From NCBI GenBank assembly GCA_023515725.1, contig JALDTO010000154.1, positions 310,001 to 374,000 on the forward strand: 64,000 nt of DNA, read 5' to 3'. The notes beneath the pieces were generated by a model, which was not told the origin of the DNA, ran no database searches, and worked only from the letters and a program-made list of their open reading frames with translations. Of the stretch, positions 1 to 12,944 are shown one piece after another. The stretch's first letter is position 1; each line of letters starts with the position of its first letter. A program made the position numbers and the translations under genes. The stretch is from Amoeboaphelidium protococcarum X5 (Eukaryota > Fungi > Aphelidiomycota).

Positions 1-2053
1 TGTGCGATTTGCTTCATCATCTTACCATGGGTATAAACCGCCACAACCGAAGCCTTTGAAAGTTCCTCCTGGATTGTTGGCACTTGGTATCACTGCCGCG
101 GTTGGTTCTACGTTCTACTTGACAAGTCCTCCGCCATCATATAGCAGTCATTAGCTGGGTGATGAAGGAACTGATGATGTTCGACACGACGTTTGGATTA
201 GCTCTAATCCTGATGAGCGAAGACGATTGGGACATGGCAAGTTATCGAAATTAGTGCACAAGGTAAAAGACGCGGTGGAACACAAAGTATAAGAGGTTAT
301 AGCTGAATAGGGCGATATTGTGGAAGATGTTCTGGAGGAAGCTGCGCGTGAAATCGTTGAAGAGACTGTCGGAGTCTCTGTGGTGAAGGAAGAGATTACC
401 GGTGCGTCATAGCAATCTGTATCAGAATAGAATGAGAACTCGTAGTAAAGCGGTAGTGTTGTGCATACACCCACCAAAGCGTCTCCGTATGATGATATGA
501 TTGAATGTTAGTATCTGCTGATTGGCGGTGGTACTGCCTCTTTCAGTGCTATGAAATCGATCTATCAGCAGGATCCGCTAGCCAGAGTATTGATTGTCAG
601 TGCTGAGAGCCAGATTCCTTATATGCGTCCACCACTGAGTAAAGAGCTGTGGCAGGGTGAGAAGAGTCAGTCGGATGTGAGTACAATCAAGTTCAAAGAT
701 TGGGGTGGTACTGAGCGAAGCTTGTATTTTGAAGACGCGTCCAGCTATAGCGTAGTCAAATCTACCGATTCTGTTGAGTACTAGAATGTAGACGATGGTA
801 CCCTAAAGCCGGTGATTATGCTCAACACCACTGTCTAGGATTTGAATGTTGATACACACCTTGCCAAGCTAGATACCGGTAGATTCATCAAGTACGATAA
901 AGTTCTGATTGCCACTGGAGGTAGTGCCAAGTTGGTAAAGTAGTTGCCGGTAGAGTTTTAGAATCGCGTCTCCACTTTCAGGACTGTGGATGATTATACG
1001 AGACTTGCTGATATCATACAAAGTGGTAACAAACGTATCCTGATTGTCGGAGGTGGATTCTTAGGTAGTGAATTGGCTTGTGGTGTAGCAAGATTTGGTC
1101 GTAAGTATTAAACCAAAGTCACTCAGGTTATGCCTGAAAATGGAAATATGGGACTTGTCTTACCTAAATACTTGGTCAAGTGGACTACTGAGAAGGTGCG
1201 CGCTGAAGGTGTTGATGTTCTACCAGATGTGTACATCAAAGGTGCCAGGTTGATTAATTCCAAGCAGCAGATAGAGGTTGAATTGGATAATGGCAAAACG
1301 GTGCAGGCTGATCTTGTTGTCGTTTGCGTTGGTATCGACGCTAATGTCTCTTTGGCGCGTAAGGCTGGTCTAGAAATTGACAAGGTGCACGGCGGTATTG
1401 TAGTTAATGATTAGCTGGAGGCCCGTAGAAATGTCTTTGTTGCCGGTGATGTAGCATCTTTCCATGACATCACTTTGGGCCGCCGTCGTATTGAACATCA
1501 TGACCATGCTATCCTTAGTGGTCGCATTGCAGGTAGAAATATGGCTGTGAAGGAGGATCGCAAGAGAAAGTCTTATAAGCATCAGTCAATGTTCTGGAGT
1601 GATTTGGGACCAAATATTGGGTATGAGGCTGTCGGTATTCTGGATAGCAAGTTGAAAACTGTCGGTCTATGGGCAAAGTAGAAGAAGGTTGATACTCCAA
1701 AGTAGGTGGTGTCTGTTGATACCAAGGAGGACCATAACGTCCGTGTCACGAGCCCTGAAGATCTGGTTGAAGCATCTCCTGATACCGTTGTAGCCAAGAC
1801 TGAAGTGGACTTCAAACTGGACGAGAATGCAGATGATTAATCAATGACGCCATAGAACTCTTCATCTATCGGCGGCGAAGAGTATGGTAAAGGTGTAGTA
1901 TTGTACCTGGACCCCGACGATGGTAAGATTGTGGGTGTCCTGTTATGGAACTTGTTCAACCGCACTAATATTGCGCGAAGACTTATTGCCGAGTAGAAGA
2001 CTATATCAGACATAAGAAATTTAGCGTCTCTATTTAAAATCCATGATAACTGA
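1..2053 (+). CDS. AIFM1: Apoptosis-inducing factor, mitochondrial flavoprotein (5' end lies upstream of the window)
   Basis: Frame 2 is open from base 2 to TGA 2051-2053 when TAA/TAG=Gln. Motifs: TM anchor [78 protein letters not shown]. Confidence 0.93.
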
Positions 2054-2208
2054 TCCATTATAATTATTATTATTAGATGAACGATAAAACGTGACATTAA
2101 TGCTATAAGGAAAAACGGTAATAACACTACTATATCATTTGGAAACAGTATACTGTATATATTCTCTTCACAAAACTCCTACTAAACTCTCAAATCAGAA
2201 CCATGGAT

Positions 2209-3606
2209 TCACAGAGTTCTAGTGTACAATATGTCACTCTTCTTGAATCCATTAAAGTTGGATGCAGCACAAATGGTGTACGCACCAGTATTTTCAAAGT
2301 ACAACCAGTCTCCAATCTCCAATTTCGGCAAAAGACTATTCTTGGTGATACAATCCATAGAGTCGCAACTAGGTCCCCAAATACTGCACGGGTACATTGC
2401 CGCATCTTAAGCAACTGACACGGTACCATGGCGGTACACTAAAGGCTCAACGACGGCGTGATCAAACAAAATACAATTAAACGATCCGTACACGCCATCA
2501 TTAACATAATACATAAAGCTCTACTTTCCACTGTCGGCATCTTATACACTGCGGCGCGCAGTAATCTGAACAGCCAGAGTAAAGGCGGAAGCGACAAAGA
2601 ATCTTCCAGGCTCGGCAATAATATTGACTCCCATAGACTAAGGGAAATACACATCCAACGCCTATCTGATCACATCGGCAATCTCCTCAAAAGACACAGG
2701 AGCTGGCTGATTAGATGGGAAACCACCTCCAATGTCTAACAGGGTGAAATTGAATCCCAAATCAGGTCCCAGATCGAAAGCTCTTCTAGCAGCGATGATA
2801 GCATCACTGAATGCCTTGGCATTAAAGCAGCCACTACCAACATGAAAACTAACACCAATAACATCCAGCTCTAATTCAGCAGCAACTCTCAACAAATGCT
2901 CAACCATGCTCTCAGATGCACCAAACTTTGTGCCCAACTTGCAAACACTATGACTATCATCAGTCAATATACGCAAAACCAACTGGGCATTAGGATGCAA
3001 CAGTTTAATCTTGTGTAACTCATCTGCATTATCAAAAGTCATCTTGCGTACATTGTGAGTGGCGGCAAACTTGATATGAGACGCCTGCTTGGTAGGATTC
3101 GCGTAGATGATCTTCTCAGGCTAAACTCCCAGATCCAGCATAGTCTTTATCTCGCTTTTACTGGCGCAATCAAATCCAATACCTTCATTGACAAGTGTCT
3201 TCAGAACACCCATGTCGGTATTGCATTTGACTGCGTAGAAGGGCGCCACTCGCGGCAACTGCATCTTCCATCTCACATGCTACCTGATAATCTCGCCAAG
3301 ATCAGCTACAAAGAAGGCATCCTCCTCTCTATCGCAATCATAAACTTGCTAGATCTTCTCCGAGATGATCGCCATTGTCAGTCTACTATCAACCTCTAAA
3401 TCGCCAATGTTATCGCCTTATACATAAGAGTTCTTCTTTATATCTGCTTCAGTGACATCGACAGCAGAATCTATAATAGGTCTATCATCACCAGCGCCGA
3501 CGTTGCTATTCAAGAACCATGGAGAGGAGTAGAGTAGCTTATCCGCCAAGCACTAAGATTCATCGACATTTATAACCAATCTATTAACCTTGTCAATTTC
3601 CAACAT
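2209..3606 (-). CDS. ODC1: Ornithine decarboxylase
   Basis: ATG 3606 to TGA 2209, 465 aa. Motifs: PFYAVKCN (PLP lysine), [34 protein letters not shown]. Confidence 0.95.
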
Positions 3607-4671
3607 ATTTATTGTTCAAAAGAGATACCACAATGTTTTTATATTATGATGATGTAATACAAATCTAAAATATATAAAGTTTGTTTGTCCGTAATTTTGT
3701 TATCAGCCAAAAAGTTAATTTAAGCTCAGGCAAGATCCAGTAGTAGTTAAGCTTCAGGAATGTCTTTCTTCAAGAATGGAAATCGCTGAATAACTATTTA
3801 TAAATAGACTTTTCAAAATTATAGACTTTCTGATAGAAGTAATTTGACAGACAACTATCACTTGTAAAGTTCAAAGTAAAGTCTTCTTATACTGCTTTGT
3901 AATGAAATCTGATCAAATGTGCAAAGTTTTGTTAAATTTCATGCTCCGCTCGATCTGATCATCGGTTTCTCTCAACCTTATTACTGTATTATGACGCAGA
4001 TTTAGTGCACACTTGATTAGAACTACTTGAATTGGGAAAATTTCAAATGTTGACCAGTGTTACTCAGTAATAAATTCAACTTGGATTCTCTCTAAAAAAT
4101 ACTATTTCATCATTGTTCTTAAAGACATGCTGTATGTGCGTATGTGCAGTACAGTAATGTTAACGCCTTTGATTTGACAGCAGAATGAGCCGGGCACTGC
4201 GATTACTTTGATAGGCGCGCTCTGATTTACAGATTCTAACTGGCTCGTTTCTCTTTGTGATAAAAATGATATTATCAAACTCTAGGCTTGTTAATGAATA
4301 TGCTTAGTCAATCTTTATACTCCAAGTTGCTGTAGTCTATGAGAGAACTTACTGTTTATGCTTTCCTCTATACAATTTTAACCATAGATTTATATTCCTA
4401 CATTTAGCACAGAATAACATTCACAATTGCCCACTTTACATGAATTATTTGATATGCATACTGAAGGGACGTGAATGTTAAATAATAGCATTAAATAGAA
4501 CTGTTCAAACAACTGAGTGATCACGTCGTCGTGGTTGAAGAATCGCGTCATTTTGTAGCGACGTCTAACATTGGCGTCGGCTCTCTTCAGCTTTTTGTCT
4601 TTTGGAATCTTATCGCCTCCTCTTTTTCTTTGCTCTTTCTGGTGTGAAAATCGCTTTGTGAAAATCTCAAG

Positions 4672-6387
4672 ATGGAAAATTCATTGAGGAAAATGTGTCT
4701 GAGACATGCCAATGCTGCTGCGTACGGCACATTGCATGACCATTTGGATGATGGAGATTTACATGCATTTTAGCAGTTATCTATTCAAGAGCAGGATCAA
4801 TTGTCCATGGCTCGTGAATTGTATAGCAACGCGTCTGATCCATTGAGAAGACTGTTATTGAAGAGCATCCTATTTGATTCTTGTTCATCCCAGATATCAC
4901 TGATAGAGTCTGAAATTAAGTATTATAGTAAGGTTGATTTTCTATCTGAGTTACCGAATGAGCTCGCTGTATATATACTGAAGAAGTTGGATATCTAATC
5001 TATATCTGCAGCATCAACTGTATCTAAGCGGTGGAATTCAGTGTGTAATGACGATAATCTCTGGTTTCATCTATGCGGACAACACATTGGTAAGCGCTGT
5101 GACGGCTGTGGGATTAATCTGCCTGTTGTACGATATAAGCCGCCTTAGATTAGCGCCGCTGTATGCTCCTCCTCCTCCTCTTCATCATCTCCTACAACTG
5201 TGAATGCTTCTCACAGGTCCACTTCCGAAGATCATCATCATCACCATCTGAATAATAATTACTAGTAATAGATCCAAACTTAGAGGCGGCGGTATTATTC
5301 TAAATGGAAATAGATTTTTATTGACCGATATATAATTGATAAGAATTGGGAGTATAACAGACACGTAGCATTTCGCGTTGATGGTTAATATTCGCTGGTG
5401 AAATTTTGTGGCGAGTCTAATACATTGCTGGCTTTCAACAATTTATAGGATGAACTTGTGTGCTTTAAAATTGCGGATGCGTAGTCCATGTCGAAGCCTG
5501 GCTACGCTGTGGAATTGTACAGAGTGCCTATGCCACAATCAATCAATGATCTGTACTTTGATGCGCGTAAAATAGTTGCGTTTGGAGGACACAGTATTTT
5601 TATCATGGCTCTGAACGATGGGTCTCTACTGAGTGAGATAAAAGTATCTTAGCTCTTCTAAAGGCCGGACTATTTTATAGAATTTTCAGCGACAGATGGG
5701 TAGAAGATTGTCGTGTTGCATAGATCAATTTTGGTTGTCTACGATCCTGGGCGCAAATTTAGAAAAGAGTATGACCTGATTGATTATTTTGGAGCTGATG
5801 GTGGTGGAGGTATGTAGATTATAATCGAAAATAATGTTGTAGTCGTTACTTGCCTATCTGAAGACGAAATGAACTTCTGCTTTATCGATACTGATTCTGG
5901 AAGAGTATTTAGTTAAACAATACGATGCGCACTATAGTGCCTCTCTCTGGTAAAAATGAACTAGAATAGCTATCTGATGCAATTATTGAATTATTATTCA
6001 GAGTAAGAGTTGTATGACTACTAAATCATTAGGTTTGATTTTTAATAGCTGTCTGTTAGTGCCGGTGGCGTCATGTACCGTGTTTTAGGGGAACCCATTG
6101 GATATGGAGACATCTAGAGGGCATCAGGCAATCGCTTTGTTGGTAAATTTAGCCTTGGCGGTATCTTTCTAGCATAACAGTGCAGTCTTCATGGCTCTGA
6201 TTTGTACCGCAGGCCACACTATTAGACTCACGAGCAGAAGCCAGACCGTCTCAAAATTTTATGGGATCAAGGAGATTTGAGATATCAACACCACGTAGTC
6301 GAGCATATCTCTGAAAGTAAACTGGTACTGCGAGGTAAGACCGATATAGTGATTTAGGACTATTCTGTCACGAATTTGGATATATGA
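4672..6387 (+). CDS. F-box protein, Met30/SconB-like, with a divergent beta-propeller C-terminus
   Basis: ATG 4672 to TGA 6385. F-box DFLSELPNELAVYILKKLD..VSKRWNSVCNDDNLW is followed by LCGQHIGKRCDGCGINLP, similar to the Met30/SconB CEQHIDxKCxKCGWGLP motif. Canonical WD40 repeats are not recognisable. Confidence 0.7.
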
Positions 6388-6501
6388 TGATTAAAAGTAT
6401 AAATGGACTTTTTGCACATTAAAATTTTATTTAATTCTTAACTTTTAATCAACATCATTTTAAATTTCGATAAAATAACCATCCACCAGTATTTAAATAG
6501 A

Positions 6502-7353
6502 TCAGCGCATTTTGGAAATCGACCGAACAGGAGGCTTAGTTGCAACTTTAAGATTAGCAGCCATAGGAGTACTTTAATATCCTGAAGAGCGATGGTAAGC
6601 TGGAGATGTGGCAACAGGTGTCTGCGGGAATTTGGTCTTCATTGGCTAAAACATTTTCTTCGTCTCTGCCACGTAAGCCTTGTGTGAGGCGGGAACTGCC
6701 TAATACTTTACCACGTCAGCGTAAGTGGCTATTTGCTTCACTTGTACGCAATTCTCCTATCTAAATTGACGCTTTCTCTTCATTTCATGCTCAGCATTAT
6801 CAGTAAATTGCTATCCACCAAATCCGGTAAATTTGAACGATGTCACCTGCTTACTATTACTCTAGTCTCTCATGGACACTCCATCCTGGCGCATTACATT
6901 AGTAATATCAACCAGCGGTCCTCCGTACTCAGTAGCGAAAAACTTTCTCTTCTTTTAATCTTTTCCCGTATTATTAACTTTTGCTCTTTAAGATGATTAC
7001 TAGTAGGAGCTAGTACTATACTATCCAGTCAGTGGATTAAGATTCTCCTTGTTACCATCACCGCCGATATGATTTCTTTAAGGCGTAGTAAACGGAGTTT
7101 GCTAATTATGATGATTCTTCACTGGGAACTGATTAGTATTTAAAAATACTGATTGTTTATTATGCAATTTGATCAATGATGATTACTATTCCAAAGGATA
7201 CTAATTCTTATTCTAGGTGGCAGAATGCAAGTTGATTGCGGGAACTGTTGAACAGCTGCTCTTACTGAAATCATATTACGGTCCACTAGAGAAAGAGAAT
7301 GTAAATCCATCTCCACTCAAGTTATTACTTCCAAAGCGATATATATCTGTCAT
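6502..7353 (-). CDS. Orphan disordered 283-aa protein with KEN box, D-box-like motif and C-terminal MR tail
   Basis: Uninterrupted ATG 7353 to TGA 6502 in the reassigned code. Contains NKENLNP and GPLVDITN, and ends RSISKMR*. Confidence 0.7.
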
Positions 7354-7949
7354 ATCTTCCCAGAACTTATAGATATAGCTATTGAAGCAGAGTATATAAC
7401 AAAATCAAGGTAAAACTATAACGACAGCAGTTGAAAGATGAAACAACAATTCGCTTGTTTCAGAGAAATGACAAGAGCGCCGCCGCTCATTCAATCAGGG
7501 ACAAACAAACAAACAAACAGACAACTGATTAAAAGCGAACGCGGGCATGAGCAGGAAACCATGGCACTTTTCTTGCAGAAATCTCCCCTGTATGATGACT
7601 GGCTTTCCACTATATAATGGTGTAATCAGGCAGAACTTTCGTTGTTACTTTTGGACTACGACAATTGCAAGAGGAACATAGAATTCAAAAAAAGGAAACC
7701 TTTAGAATCTTCCATTGAGACAAAAGAGCACCTGCAAAGTGATTTTGACTCTATAAAATGAAATTTAGAGCTACTTAAGTAAATGACTCTCATTGAAAAC
7801 GATTCAATATTAAAGCTCGCTGGGATCTCTGGAGTACTAGCAGATGAAGCGATTTAATGACTATGATAATTGCTGCAATTAATTGATCTTACTAAAAGAC
7901 GAATGGCAGGCCTGAAGTTACTGTATAAAGGATATAGCTAATCGCGTCG

Positions 7950-9730
7950 TGCATTTTTAGAAAGGCAATGAGTGTCTCATCTCTGCTGTTAAAAGGCGCT
8001 TGTCTGCTTTTGTGAAATGCCTTAATTCGTATAATTGGTCTATTAGTGCATTTAGTTGGATTTTGGTCTCAGCAAAAAGTGCAATCTTAGGACACTTAGA
8101 AAGAATTGTTTTTTGGAGGAAGTGGGGCCTATGCTTCTTGATCATTGCGATATGATGGGAAGAGTCAATCTTTGAGAGTTTGTTACAGTTCATTCGTTTT
8201 AAACGTAGAATATTAAGATATACCATTGGGATTTCATTACTGCTTTTCTGCAGGCCAAGTTGAAGAGTTTAGTCTACATAGCTTAGCCCGAAGGTTTTGT
8301 TGTTCGTGGTAAAGAAGATTATGTCTATGCCTGCATGAAAAATGCGTTTTCACGTACCAAGTTCAATTGTTTCCATATCAAGGTTATCAATCTATTTGCA
8401 GAGTACTGTGATAAAAGTAAACGTTCATCAATTGACTAAGAATCCAAAAGTCTGCTTCTTTCAGATTAGTTAATAGGCCGTTTACTGTATTGTGAAGGAT
8501 GCTTACAAGTAGAATTGCCCAATCTGTGAGGAACCGTTTAGTCGTTCTGTGAAGAAGAAAATCAAAATGTGGATGCTTTCTTAACTTGACGCTCGTTATA
8601 AATCTTTCAGTAGAAATTTTGGTATTTAGGATTCCTACTTAGAGTCTACAGTGGATAGTAAGCCAATAGAAGTGGTTGTTCAGTTGAATATTAGATTAAG
8701 GACCCGCGTGACCAGGAGATGATGATTCTGAATCCGTCAATAGTTAAGACAGTGTTGATGGCTATTGTACTATGATGGCGCTGCAGAAGATTTGTGTTGC
8801 TGCCAATCTGCCAAATGTCCATTAGATGAATACTCACGCTTTGTGGTCACATTGTTTTAGATTAAACAAGGTCACTAGTTCTATAGATCAGAGAAGACGT
8901 TTTAAATTACTCCATAACATTCGCTGATGTTGGCAGTCCTGTTTCCGTTTTACGGCCCGCGTATCGTGCTCCTCCTGCTAGCCGCTACTGGTTTGCTTTC
9001 GATGGTACCGGATACCAACCATTGGATGTAAACAATGAAACTCGCGTACTCGGAATTCACGTCAATAGTGGCGTGCTTTTGGGCTGCTTTTGGTGGTTTT
9101 GATGACCGAATCCCAGGTGTTCCAACTGATCAGACATCGTTTATAAATGGAATGCATGAGCTGGTGTACACGACTACCAGATGGCGTGAAGAGAACGGCG
9201 AAAATTTAGGTGAAAAGAAGCGGGTTGAATTCAACGAAGAGCTTCAGAGATCACCAATGCCACATGACCCACATTCCTTCCGCTAAATCAACCTCATTTC
9301 TGGCAATCATCTAACATAAGCAGTATGTATGTTGCCTTTGACGCTACTTCTCCTGGATATCCTGCGACTCCTAACAAGCGGCTGTTTTATATGAGCTGAA
9401 GAAACGTAGCAGAGTCCGCTCGGTCCCTAAGTTTCGAACCAGTTCAAGATAGATGTAGAAATTGTGAGTGTGAGCTCGTTCAATCCCAATTATGCCTAAT
9501 TATGTATTGCCCAAGAAACAATTGTTTAGCTATCTGGCACCGTGGTGAGAATGCTGCACGTAACATTCGCCGCATCTTTCTGGCAATATATCGTGACTGT
9601 GGTGAATGGCCGGTTCCATTTCGATACGATCCTCCTCGTCCTCAATTAATGATTAGCCTAGGCTTCGCGCGTAACAGATTGATCGGCGATGAATATCCGC
9701 AGCTATCCCTCATACACCTAAAGTATGAAA
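7950..9730 (+). pseudogene. Decayed Fanzor1 (TnpB-like RuvC nuclease), frameshifted, catalytic residues substituted
   Basis: Motifs appear in order across frames: RFVLLP (8791), LWSHCF..RRF..SITFAD (8841-8930), RVLGIH (RuvC-I, 9058), VAFD..GYPATPNKRL..ELKKRSRVRSVPKFRTSSR/CRNC (RuvC-II, 9429), YCPRNNCLAIWHRGENAARNI..WPVPF (Zn finger and RuvC-III, 9544). The 5' boundary is approximate. Confidence 0.75.
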
Positions 9731-9800
9731 ATTACTGTAAATGTCTTTATTATTTTTAATGAGAGTTCTTTTCAAATCATGTCTATCAACCAGTAGTAAT

Positions 9801-10871
9801 TCAACTGTTCTGCTCAATCTTCTAAATGACAGCAGCAGTGAACTCTGAGCACTTGGCCTTTCCACCCAGATCGCCAGTTCTAACTTTACCTTCGGAAATT
9901 GTGTCAATCACACTCTTCTCAATCAGCTCAGCATACTCATCCAGATGCATGTGCTTCAACATCATACACGAGGAAAGCAGTAAAGCAGTTGGATTAGCCA
10001 GATCTTTGCCTGCAATCAGAGGCGCAGTTCCATGGACACTCTCAAAAATAGATGCGGATTCACCGATATTACCAGAGGGAGTCAGACCAAGACCACCAAT
10101 CAGACCGGCACACATGTCAGATAGAATGTCACCATACAAATTAGGCATAACCAGAACACTGTCCTTGTACATGCTCGGATTGGTAACAATATTTAGGCAC
10201 GCATTGTCCAGGGACACGTCATCATGCTTGATGTCCGTAAAGTTCTTGGAGGCGTCCTGGAACGCGCTCAGAAACAGACCGTCCGAAGACTTCATGATCG
10301 CAGCCTTGTGCACGCAAGTGACGCGGGAACGGCCCTGATTCTTGTGGCGACGCGCATAGTCAAATGCAAAGCGTACAACACGGTCAGATGCCTCCTTGGT
10401 GATTAGTTTGATCGACTGCACAACACCTGGCACAACTTCATGCTCGATACCGCTGTACTCACCCTCAGTGTTCTCTCTGATGATCACCGTGTTCACATCC
10501 TTGTACGGAGTAGGGAAACCAGGCAGAGAACGGCACGGACGGACGTTGGCGTACAGATTGAACAGTCTGCGCAGAGTCAAATTCAATGACACGTGTCCTT
10601 TCCCGATAGGAGTTGCCAACGGACCTTTCAGCGCAATCTTATTGTGGCCGATACTATCCAAGGCGGCTTACGGAATAGTAGTCTTTCCATCGGGCAATCT
10701 TACCGGAGTCACGTCCACCTCTTCCCACTCAATTGGCACCTGCGCGGCGATGTAAATCTTCTTCAGCGCTGCACTAATTTCCGGTCCAATTCCATCACCA
10801 GGTATTAATGTGACGCGATGCTTAGTTCCCACAGACGCTAAATGTCTTGCAAATGTTTTTCCTTAAATCAT
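9801..10871 (-). CDS. IDH2: NAD-dependent isocitrate dehydrogenase, catalytic subunit (yeast IDH2 / IDH3A type)
   Basis: ATG 10871 to TGA 9801, 356 aa. Motifs: [51 protein letters not shown]. Confidence 0.95.
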
Positions 10872-11129
10872 CGTATATATATCTATATTGAGATTCCTAC
10901 CGTTTTGTTAATCGAAATGGAGTAGAAAAAAATCGTAAGGATCAAAAGAGGCAAATCGTGAAAAATCACACCGAACGAAAAAAATAATCCTGCCTAAACT
11001 AGACTGATTTGACATTTACATTAATCCTGCTAACATGATAGTCTTTATTAATCCATCATAAACTAGTCTAATCCTATTGAACGGTAATGTATGTTGTTTG
11101 TGACTTTATTAATAACAAAACATTCAACT

Positions 11130-11788
11130 TCACTGAATAACTTTTATTTTCAACTACACATAACGTTATGACCAACTATGAGCACACAAAACAGATTGAG
11201 AAAAAATACCATCATAAAGTGGTCATTAATGGGATCAATCAACATCAATTTACGCGACTTGAACAGCGTTCGGTTCTGCTCTTTAATATAACTGTGAATC
11301 TTGTCCAATCTCTACATATGTACAAATAGCGACCTAAATGTCCACCAAAATATCATGCTATTGAGCTCACCTTTTCAAACCTTGATTGGAATAATAATGA
11401 GTAAAGTTGAAAAGTCGCGCATTCTAGAAGACAATCCAGAATATTAGGCCAATTTAAACGCTCCGCCTGAGCGTACATGGAGTTGAGAGTATTCAACACG
11501 GGTATGAGTTCATTCAATTCAATCTACAATGAGCTTTATTATTAAAAAAAAATTGTATTAAAATATACTCTTTCGAGATGTTACATATTCAGACAGTTCT
11601 GACGGCAGTTCTGACGTTCTGAATTGGATAGTGTCACCATGTGAGTAATCTCGTTCCACGATAAAGAACTTGCTCCCACTCTCTGTCTACTTAACTTGAG
11701 GCTATTATTATTATTCTTCTTGTCTAGTATTAGGAACTCCACTATTGCTATGATCAGCAGTATTTTTGTTTTGAGATTGAAGCTCCAT
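11130..11788 (-). CDS. ERF4: Erf4/Golgin A7 family palmitoyltransferase accessory subunit
   Basis: Introns 11524-11584, 11312-11370 and 11154-11209. Spliced product: FIVERDYSHGDTIQF..LPSEL..LNTLNSMYAQAE..LLECATFQL..YIKEQN..IDP..LKIKVIQ*. Confidence 0.8.
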
Positions 11789-11892
11789 TTATAAGGTACA
11801 ATTTCTGTGACGCGAATTGCTTGCTTTCAACCAAGAGAGATTTTTAACTGATCAACTACCTTGACCATTTCGCGTCAATAGTAAGAATCATC

Positions 11893-12375
11893 ATGTCATA
11901 GTAGCAACCACTGAAAATGTACATTATAGTGCGACGGGATTTATCTAAGGTATAAATATTATAATTATAATTAAAATAAGCCGTATCTAATTTAAGTCTA
12001 TTGTAGATGCTCAAATGGCCTGGAGGCGCGGTGATTGCCCAGGCGTGTCACGCCTCAACTCTCGCTCTGCATCAGTTTAAAGATGATACAAATACGACTG
12101 AATACTTGAAAGATGCTCAAAATATGCACAAAGTAGTTTTACAGGTAATTCAATGTTCTTCGGTGGGAATTAGTAGATCATGTATCGATCGAACACCGCT
12201 GTAGATTGAAGATGAAGCATAACTAAAGCAGCTATCCGCCTCGCTGTAACAACGAGGGATTGATCATGTTACGTGGATGGAGTAGCCTGAGAACATCGCT
12301 ACATGCATAAGCACTAAACCGTATCGCAAAAATGAAATTGGAGATATTCTCAGCCATTTAAAGTTATACAAGTGA
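11893..12375 (+). CDS. PTRHD1: Peptidyl-tRNA hydrolase 2 family protein
   Basis: Introns 11950-12006 and 12145-12204. Motifs: MYIIVRRDL, WPGGAVIAQACHAS, MHKVVL, WMEQPENIATCISTKPY. Confidence 0.9.
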
Positions 12376-12474
12376 TTTCTCTCGTCAGTCCTCTCCCATA
12401 CGTACTCACTCTTCTTTCCTCGTTCATTCCCCTTTCTCATTAACGTTTATTAAGAACCTACTGGTACAATTGTG

Positions 12475-12846
12475 ATGAGCACAACTTAGTCTTTTAGAGA
12501 GCGAAATTTAATTGCGGCCATTGGAGATGAAGACAGTGTGACTGGACTCCTACTGGCGGGCATTGGCAATGTTGACCCAGTGTCAAAGGCGTCCAACTTT
12601 CTGGTTGTGGATAAGAATACGACGCTGGATCAGATTATATCCACATTCTAGTAGTTTTGTAAGCGGAAAGATATTGCAATCATTCTTATTAATCAGTACT
12701 TGGCTAATGAAATAAGAGATTAAGTGGCAGAGTAGTAAAAGATGGCGTTCCCTGTAATAGTTGAGATTCCATCAAAAGATTATCCATATGATCCTGCTCA
12801 AGACTCGGTGCTGATCAAGATTCAGAAAATGTTTGGTAATGAGTGA
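12475..12846 (+). CDS. VMA7: V-type ATPase subunit F
   Basis: Motifs: [48 protein letters not shown]. Ends in four tandem TGA codons. Confidence 0.95.
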
Positions 12847-12944
12847 TGATGATGATAATCTTGTCACTTCAAAATATGGAGTGTGAAATAATGTACAGAT
12901 TATATCTAATTTACATTGAAATTTTTTAACACGACGACAACCAG

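Noticed and set aside
7561-7930. Short + strand ORF upstream of the first Fanzor as a possible transposase
   Set aside because: It stops after about 66 codons and has no DDE, HUH or recombinase motif.
9826-10755. Long antisense ORFs over IDH2 and other housekeeping genes
   Set aside because: These are shadow frames of codon-biased genes on the opposite strand.
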